Virus record (IMG/VR): IMGVR_UViG_3300038299_000184
Location: 32,001-96,000 of that record
From: a virus
Reading direction: 5' to 3' (one strand)
Length of the DNA: 64,000 nucleotides
A program made the position numbers and the translations under genes. Shown here piece after piece: positions 57,374 through 63,969 of this stretch. Every line of letters starts with the position of its first letter. The first letter of the stretch is position 1. The notes beneath the pieces were generated by a model. The model saw only the letters and a list, made by a program, of their open reading frames with translations. It was not told the origin of the DNA and made no database searches.

Positions 57374-58744
57374 ATGAAGAAGTTAACACATGAGGGTATA
57401 CAAAAGTACTTGGATGACAACGACAGAAACATAACACTGTTAAAATATGGTGGTGGGTCAAAAGAAACGACATCCTTGTTTAAATGTGATGAGTGCTCTC
57501 ATGAGTGGACTACTAGTGTTAGAGGTATTAAAAGGTGTAAGGGGTGTGGGCAATGTGCTAAGTTGAACAGGAAGAATGGGTTAACACATGAGAGCATACA
57601 GAAGTACTTGGATGACAATGGCAGAAACATAACACTGTTGAAATACGGTGGTAAGTCAAAAGAATCGACAACCGAGTTTAAATGTGGGGAATGTTCCCAT
57701 GAGTGGACTACTAGTGTTGTTGGTATTAAAAGGAGTATTGAAAAGGGTTATGGCTGTCCTTCATGCTCTAACACATTACCCCTAACACATGAGGACATAC
57801 AACAGCATTTGGATGACAATGACAGAAATATAACACTGTTGAAATACGGTGGTCACAGTCTCTCACCGTCCGAGTTTAAATGTGTGGTGTGTTCCCATGA
57901 GTGGACTACTAGTACCAATAACATTAAAAAGGGTAACGGTTGTGCTTCCTGTTCTGGTAACGCACCACTAACATATGAGAGCATACAGAAGTACTTGGAT
58001 GACAACGACAGAAACATAACACTGTTAAAATATGGTGGTGGGTCAAAGGAAACGACAACCGAGTTTAAATGTGGGGAATGTTCCCATGAGTGGACTACTA
58101 GTGTTTTGTGTATGAAAGGTAGTATTGAAAAGGGTTATGGCTGTCCTTCATGCTCTAACACATTACCTCTAACACATGAGGACATACAACAGCATTTGGA
58201 TGACAATGACAGAAATATAACACTGTTGAAATACGGTGGTGGGGTGGCTTATACAGCCCTGTTTAAATGTGGTGAATGTTCCCATGAGTGGACTGCCCTT
58301 GCTGGTAGTGTTAAAAGAAGCACGGGGTGTCCAGCATGTGCCCAACACCAGACCGAGTCAAAGCAGTCTGCTAAGTTCCGTAAATACCTAACCGATAACA
58401 ACTACGAATTTAGAACGGAATACAGATTCCCCAGCATCAAACATAAAGCCCTACTACCGTTCGATTTCTGTGTACAGCTACAAGATAACTCAATACTCGT
58501 AGTAGAAATTGATGGAATACAACACTTTCAGCCCACCTACTTCGGTTCGGTAAAGGGTAAAACCAAGGAAGAGGTACGGGTATTAAGAGAACAAAACCTA
58601 ACCAACACCCAACACCGCGATGGTATCAAGACTAAAGGCATCGCTGACATGAAAGCTGAGGGTAAGCCAATCGACCTATTACGTATACGCTACGACGAAG
58701 ATGTAGAGGAGATATTCGAGGGGTATATCAGTGGTGTGGTATAA
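57374..58744 (+). CDS. Zinc-ribbon repeat protein with C-terminal Vsr/DUF559-like PD-(D/E)xK nuclease (homing endonuclease-like)
   Basis: Five LTHE.IQ..LDDN.RNITLLKYGG...FKC..CSHEW.....GC..C repeats; EYRF...LPFDF...VEIDGIQHF...RD..K...LLRI.Y. Confidence 0.8.
   Translation: MKKLTHEGIQKYLDDNDRNITLLKYGGGSKETTSLFKCDECSHEWTTSVRGIKRCKGCGQCAKLNRKNGLTHESIQKYLDDNGRNITLLKYGGKSKESTTEFKCGECSHEWTTSVVGIKRSIEKGYGCPSCSNTLPLTHEDIQQHLDDNDRNITLLKYGGHSLSPSEFKCVVCSHEWTTSTNNIKKGNGCASCSGNAPLTYESIQKYLDDNDRNITLLKYGGGSKETTTEFKCGECSHEWTTSVLCMKGSIEKGYGCPSCSNTLPLTHEDIQQHLDDNDRNITLLKYGGGVAYTALFKCGECSHEWTALAGSVKRSTGCPACAQHQTESKQSAKFRKYLTDNNYEFRTEYRFPSIKHKALLPFDFCVQLQDNSILVVEIDGIQHFQPTYFGSVKGKTKEEVRVLREQNLTNTQHRDGIKTKGIADMKAEGKPIDLLRIRYDEDVEEIFEGYISGVV
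57383..58345 (+). repeat. Five near-identical ~190-200-bp intragenic repeats
   Basis: Recurring TTGGATGACAAYGRCAGAAAYATAACACTGTTRAAATAYGGTGGT and CATGAGTGGACT blocks. Confidence 0.9.
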
Positions 58745-58752
58745 TTACATTT

Positions 58753-59121
58753 ATGTCTACTGAGTATATTTGGTTTAAGAAGGGTAAGGAGTCTAGGAGG
58801 ACTGTCGATCCAGAGGGTAAGAAGCCCACTATGGAAAAACTACCAAATGGTTTTCAGATCAAATACTCCTACGACGAACAGGATGGTAATTTAGCTTGGA
58901 GTATCTATTCCAAAGATGGTGTATACCAGAGCTATGGTGATAAACCAGCATCTACTGAGTATTATGCCGATGGCACGATTGAGGCTGAATACTGGGCTAA
59001 AAACGGTGAGCACCACCGCGATGATGACAAGCCAGCAATAATAGGATACCACGAAGATGGGACTATTGATTACGAGTACTACTATACCGATGGTAGTGAA
59101 TACAATTTCGTTAAGCACTAA
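58753..59121 (+). CDS. STEYIWF-leader / HRDGDKPA-repeat protein 8
   Basis: Leader plus 2 repeats. Confidence 0.8.
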   Translation: MSTEYIWFKKGKESRRTVDPEGKKPTMEKLPNGFQIKYSYDEQDGNLAWSIYSKDGVYQSYGDKPASTEYYADGTIEAEYWAKNGEHHRDDDKPAIIGYHEDGTIDYEYYYTDGSEYNFVKH

Positions 59122-59129
59122 TTAATACC

Positions 59130-59642
59130 ATGTCTACTGAGTACATATGGTTTAAGAATGGTAAGGAGTCTAAGAGGACTGCTGACGAACTTGGTAATAA
59201 ACCTACCGTGGTGAAGTTACCCAATGGTGTGGAGGTAAGATATGAATATCATAATGATGGTATATACAAGGAGGAACATTTCCAAAATGGTGAGAAGCAC
59301 CGCGATGGTGATAAACCTGCCCACATTAGTTATAACAGGGATGGGTCTTTGAGTGTTGAGGGATATTTCCAAAATGGTAAGGAACATCGTGATGGTGATA
59401 AACCCAGCTATATTGAATATCATATCAGCGGGTCTGTTCATATAGAGGGGTATTACCAAAACAATCTACCACACCGCGATGGTGATAAGCCAGCGGCAAT
59501 AACTTACTATAAAGATGGGTCTGTCGCATCCGAAGAATATTACAAGAATGGTAGGAGACACCGCGATGGTGATAAACCATCAGAGATAGGTTATAGTGCG
59601 GACGGGACTGTGGAATATAAGTACTACCAAAATGGTGAGTAG
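59130..59642 (+). CDS. STEYIWF-leader / HRDGDKPA-repeat protein 9
   Basis: Leader plus 4 repeats; TAG precedes an in-frame YTPKQ* tail. Confidence 0.8.
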   Translation: MSTEYIWFKNGKESKRTADELGNKPTVVKLPNGVEVRYEYHNDGIYKEEHFQNGEKHRDGDKPAHISYNRDGSLSVEGYFQNGKEHRDGDKPSYIEYHISGSVHIEGYYQNNLPHRDGDKPAAITYYKDGSVASEEYYKNGRRHRDGDKPSEIGYSADGTVEYKYYQNGE

Positions 59643-59668
59643 TACACGCCTAAACAATAATTACATTT

Positions 59669-60022
59669 ATGTTGATTGATCCAATAGTTGAATGGGTAAA
59701 GGATAAGATAGGTGGTGAGAATGCTCGCACCGAAATAACACTACGTGATAAAACATACGTGGTGTCCTATGCCAAACCTAGAACAGGATACGATGCCAAA
59801 TATGCAATGGCAACTGTGTATGTATCAACTGCTAATAATGAGGTATCACTAAAGCTTAACATATTCGTTAACTTGGATGACGATGTACAACTGGCTGATT
59901 ATAACAACTTGGATGATGTGGTGTCACAGGCAGCATCTAAAACTTTGGACGAGGCTCTATTTGAGATGGAGACCATCATTGCTATGGGAGACTTTAAAGT
60001 CTTCGCAGATCTATTGGTGTAA
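59669..60022 (+). CDS. Late small protein, C-terminal GDFxVFxDL family member A
   Basis: Ends MGDFKVFADLLV*; TAATTA-CATTT-ATG. Confidence 0.65.
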   Translation: MLIDPIVEWVKDKIGGENARTEITLRDKTYVVSYAKPRTGYDAKYAMATVYVSTANNEVSLKLNIFVNLDDDVQLADYNNLDDVVSQAASKTLDEALFEMETIIAMGDFKVFADLLV

Positions 60023-60041
60023 TGGGAACCTAATTAACAAC

Positions 60042-60407
60042 ATGGATATAAAATATGATGACATTGTTACATCATTCACTGCTGCTGCTGGGGGTAAGTT
60101 AAACCCACTGCATGATGCATCAAGTATTCTTGGCGAAATGGGTGATGCAGATGCAACAGCATCCGTAGAGGAAACCGAGGGAACTTTTGCCGAGGGAACT
60201 TTTGAATACTGGGCTTATATGGATTCTATTGATGCTTATATATCATTCAACAAAGTTGGGGAGATCGTGGTCAGTTATGGGGCTGAACTACAACCTATAG
60301 ATGAACACATTAGTAAAGTGTTTACCGACAATGTGGAAGCATGGAGGTTCTTCAAGGGTGTCCTCCTATTGGGTGAATTCTCAGTGTTCATGGATTTATT
60401 ATACTAA
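60042..60407 (+). CDS. Late small acidic protein, C-terminal GDFxVFxDL family member B
   Basis: Ends LGEFSVFMDLLY*; TAATTA-ACAAC-ATG. Confidence 0.65.
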   Translation: MDIKYDDIVTSFTAAAGGKLNPLHDASSILGEMGDADATASVEETEGTFAEGTFEYWAYMDSIDAYISFNKVGEIVVSYGAELQPIDEHISKVFTDNVEAWRFFKGVLLLGEFSVFMDLLY

Positions 60408-60415
60408 TTACATTT

Positions 60416-61114
60416 ATGGCTACTGAATACATTTGGTTTAAGAGGGGTAAAGAGTCCAAGAGGTCTGTTGATGAACTTGGTGAGAAACCCCTCTCTGAGA
60501 AGTTACCCAATGGTGCGGAGGTTAAATATGAATACACCCGCCGAGGTGAGCCTCTCACCAAGGGTGTTTATGTTGATGGCGAACTCCACAGTGTTGATGG
60601 AGAACCTGCATATATCCAGTACACACCAGAAGGTGACGTTGAAGGTATTGCATATTATAAAAACGGGAAGGGTCACCGTGCTGGGATTAAACCCGCGAGT
60701 ATATTATATTGGGCAGACGACACCAATAATGTATATATGCAGTATTGGTATACGGACGGGGTACTTACTAAAACCACCGAACATTGGCGGGATGGTAAAC
60801 TCATGAAAGAGATGTACCACAACTCTTTTTCAGATTACCACAGGGATGGGGACAAACCAGCAGTCACCGTATATTCGATTGATGGTACCACTAAGAACTA
60901 TGAGGAGTATTACAAGAATGGTAGGAGACACCGCGATGGTGATAAACCTGCTGGGGTGACTTACTACAATGACGGTAAAACCATATCACAGGAGATATGG
61001 ATGCACGACGATGAATGGCACCGCGAAGGTAAACCCGCGATCATAAGCTATGACCGTGATGGTAATGTAACGGATGAATCCTATTACGAAAACGGTATAG
61101 AGGTAGACCACTAA
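60416..61114 (+). CDS. STEYIWF-leader / HRDGDKPA-repeat protein 10
   Basis: MATEYIWFKRGKESKRSVDELGEKP..EKLPNG; ~5 repeats. Confidence 0.8.
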   Translation: MATEYIWFKRGKESKRSVDELGEKPLSEKLPNGAEVKYEYTRRGEPLTKGVYVDGELHSVDGEPAYIQYTPEGDVEGIAYYKNGKGHRAGIKPASILYWADDTNNVYMQYWYTDGVLTKTTEHWRDGKLMKEMYHNSFSDYHRDGDKPAVTVYSIDGTTKNYEEYYKNGRRHRDGDKPAGVTYYNDGKTISQEIWMHDDEWHREGKPAIISYDRDGNVTDESYYENGIEVDH

Positions 61115-61472
61115 TACAACGCCCATATAACCACTACATTATAATTGTACAAACACCCCGTGGTGTGGCTGACAGGGCTTCCTAATAAGTCCGAACATAT
61201 GATGTAGACGTACTGCTACACCACTGGTATTGTAGGCGTACTGCTACACGTACACTTACTAATATGCTTACCGTATAGATACGAGTACTGTTAGATACGT
61301 GGGCGGCTGCTACGGGGTGTCGTAATAATACTCCACTAGTGGCATTACCAGTGGTGTTCATCGGAACAATCCTCTGGTGTTAAAAAATACTGTTGAAAAT
61401 TTTTACTGTAGAATTTTTTGGGTGCGGGATTTCTGTAACCCATATTTTACAGTACTGATATTTGGGATTTTA

Positions 61473-61895
61473 CTATTTGATCTTATAAAACACCACATTG
61501 GGATCGATACCCTCAGTGGTGTTGTAGTAGTAATGTTTAGTAACCCCTGCAATCTGCATTGCTAATAAACGGTGATATCCATCATCCAGATATCCATCAT
61601 CCCCGTTAACTACTAATGCACCTAAATCACCACCTTCAGAAATCCTCTTTATATGGTATCCAATAGAATCACTGTCGCCCTCGTCCAAATCATCTTTGAT
61701 GGAATCCCAATGATCCGCTATATCCCTCAAAGTAATACCTGCCATTTTAGAGGCAGCGTTATGATTGAAGTGTTCGTGGACATCCATAACGTGGACATCC
61801 AAATTGACATACTGGGGTTCGCCGTAGTCATACGTGACGAGTTCGGTTTTATAGGACTCGTTAATAGTATTGATGGCACTCGTGAACTTACTCAT
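61473..61895 (-). CDS. ParB/Sulfiredoxin-like domain late protein
   Basis: ALVV.....YLDDGYHRL.A; MSKFTSAINTINE N-terminus. Confidence 0.6.
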   Translation of the reverse strand: MSKFTSAINTINESYKTELVTYDYGEPQYVNLDVHVMDVHEHFNHNAASKMAGITLRDIADHWDSIKDDLDEGDSDSIGYHIKRISEGGDLGALVVNGDDGYLDDGYHRLLAMQIAGVTKHYYYNTTEGIDPNVVFYKIK

Positions 61896-62129
61896 ACAGA
61901 CTTAATTACTACATTAGAACACCACTAATATCAATACTAAATTTCTATTGTAATTTTACCAGTGGTGTGAAACTTCTGTGTAATTTTTTTATACTGTAAA
62001 ATTTTTGGGTTACCATTTGTAATAACCCAAGTAGGGATACCCGTATTTTCATTTGTATTTTTACGGGGGTATTAAAAAGTGGTGTCACCCAAAGTGCATT
62101 GACTCCGAATAAACACACCACTTATTTCC

Positions 62130-62158
62130 ATTATATCGAAAATTCCACGACTTGTCAA
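62130..62158 (-). promoter_or_regulatory. Perfect sigma70 consensus promoter, leftward
   Basis: Minus strand TTGACA-N17-TATAAT; no immediately adjacent ORF. Confidence 0.75.
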
Positions 62159-62709
62159 ATAAATAAACACTTTATTTTCGAGGACACCTCTTTTTATTTA
62201 GTCAAGTAAAAAATACGTCATCATCAAAAATAAACATCATCGATAAAATAAGTCATCATGATAACTAAACACCACTGGTAATCAGTACTCGATCCAGTAC
62301 TCAGTGGTGTCCAGTACTATCACCGTATCAGCACACTAACAGGTACTGTATCCTTATGACCACACCACTGTAGTATTATAGGTAGCTGTTAGAGTCTGAT
62401 ACTCCTACTGTCATAAGTCATTGAGCCTTAACATAGACATCATTACGTATGTTGTATTAAGTTATACAGATGGTACTGATACTCAATGAGTTACAAGTAC
62501 ACCACTTAGTAGCTGTATTAGTACTGATACTAAGCTGTTAGAAAGTGGTGTTCACTAACAGGTACTGATTCCTTATGAGGGTATGATCTGTTAGCTTCGG
62601 GGTGTAAGTGGGGTGGTATGATAACTGTATAGTTATAGTATGATAACTGGGAGATATACCAAGTGGTGTAGTGGTGTCTGTTAGATAGTTGTTAGAGAGA
62701 ATTTAGTGT

Positions 62710-62738
62710 TTGACATGTGAATGCCTATGTGGTATAAT
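62710..62738 (+). promoter_or_regulatory. Perfect sigma70 consensus promoter, rightward into the tandem repeat
   Basis: TTGACA-N17-TATAAT; no downstream ORF on this strand. Confidence 0.75.
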
Positions 62739-62793
62739 GGAGGGGTGGAATGTGGTGTGTAATTTGTGAGGGAGAACGCTCCCTCGTAACCCA

Positions 62794-63001
62794 ACACCAC
62801 TGGTGTCAATTACATTATTAGGTTATGTTTAGTATTTTGTACACCACTGGTGTCAATTACATTATTAGGTTATGTTTAGTATTTTGTACACCACTGGTGT
62901 CAATTACATTATTAGGTTATGTTTAGTATTTTGTACACCACTGGTGTCAATTACATTATTAGGTTATGTTTAGTATTTTGTACACCACTGGTGTCAATTA
63001 C
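62794..63001. repeat. Perfect 47-bp tandem repeat, 4.4 copies
   Basis: ACACCACTGGTGTCAATTACATTATTAGGTTATGTTTAGTATTTTGT starting at 62794, 62841, 62888, 62935 and partially at 62982; each begins with the palindrome ACACCA-C-TGGTGT. Confidence 0.97.
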
Positions 63002-63227
63002 TGGAGGATTGTTCCTACAGAGAAAGGTGGTAATACTGTACTCTCCCTCCGCATTTACTAGGTATCCTACTGTACCACCACTGTAGTATGCCCAGTATCT
63101 CTACAGGTATCTCTATTATCCCTCCCTCCTTAATCTCTACTGGAGTATCTGACCTTGAGTGATACTGTAATACCTCTAGTGGTGTGCATCATACTCTTAA
63201 GTATAGGCTTGACACCACTGGAGGTTA

Positions 63228-63590
63228 CTACTGAGGATATCTAGCCATATATCCATCTTCCCACTTGAATCCATGTCTACTGTAGAACTCTAACAGTTCT
63301 TCTATTGATCCATCTATCCCTGCATCATCACCGCCCACTTCTAACTCTATTGTTACGTTGTGTGTATCTGCTAGATTAGTGAGTAGTGTGAGTGCTGTTG
63401 ATGCATGTCCTTTACCTCTATGTTCTTTGTCTACATCTATATTGGATAGTTCCACTGTGTTAGGATCTAATGTACTGAAGTCTAGATATGCCTTACCATT
63501 GTATTGGTCTCGGAACTGTTGTGTTACTGTCTTTGAAGGAGATAGTAATGATTCGTTTATAGTTGTGATGATATTGGTGAACCTGTTCAT
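63228..63590 (-). CDS. GNAT acetyltransferase-like late protein
   Basis: LSNIDVDKEHRGKGHAS.AL (motif A), L.EFYSRHGF; MNRFTNIITTINE N-terminus; TAATTA-N5-ATG. Confidence 0.8.
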   Translation of the reverse strand: MNRFTNIITTINESLLSPSKTVTQQFRDQYNGKAYLDFSTLDPNTVELSNIDVDKEHRGKGHASTALTLLTNLADTHNVTIELEVGGDDAGIDGSIEELLEFYSRHGFKWEDGYMARYPQ

Positions 63591-63615
63591 GATCTTAATT
63601 ACCTTGACACCACTG

Positions 63616-63969
63616 TTAAAATAGGTCCTTGAATACTATGAAATCCCCAAGCTTGGTTAATAATGATACCCTTAGCCAACCCTCGTCTATATCGGTATAA
63701 TGCTCGGAATCTGGAACTTCTGAGTTGTATTCATTATCCACCCCTACGAACATACCCCTACGGTCTATATCTATGGTTACCCACTCATCATCCTTAAAGG
63801 GAATGTTTAACCTCGCTTCATCAGTATTGTCGAGTTCATCGTATATATACATTTTATGTTCCCCAACCGTACCGACCTCATCGCCATCAATAGCAACATC
63901 CTCCCAGTTCGGTTGAAGTGTGCCAATAGAGCTGAACTTGCCTAATATATCCCTAATGTATTCGGTCAT
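63616..63969 (-). CDS. Late small acidic protein, C-terminal GDFxVFxDL family member C
   Basis: Ends LGDFIVFKDLF*; TAATTA-AGATC-ATG. Confidence 0.65.
   Translation of the reverse strand: MTEYIRDILGKFSSIGTLQPNWEDVAIDGDEVGTVGEHKMYIYDELDNTDEARLNIPFKDDEWVTIDIDRRGMFVGVDNEYNSEVPDSEHYTDIDEGWLRVSLLTKLGDFIVFKDLF

Noticed and set aside
58613-58625. CACCGCGATGGT inside the zinc-ribbon nuclease as a sign of recombination with the repeat family
   Set aside because: It encodes the Q.RD..K motif normal for Vsr/DUF559-like domains; a single short match is not sufficient.
49016-61114. Diversity-generating retroelement or shufflon behind the repeat family
   Set aside because: No reverse transcriptase or recombinase in the window, no template/variable repeat pair with adenine-specific differences, and every copy has its own start rather than being a silent cassette. 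A trans-acting enzyme elsewhere cannot be excluded.
61377-61565. 62-aa + strand ORF
   Set aside because: GTG start without promoter geometry, overlaps the end of the ParB-like gene and lies in repeat-rich sequence.
62794-63001. CRISPR mini-array (palindromic repeat plus spacer)
   Set aside because: The would-be spacers are identical, so it is a perfect tandem repeat; no cas genes in the window.
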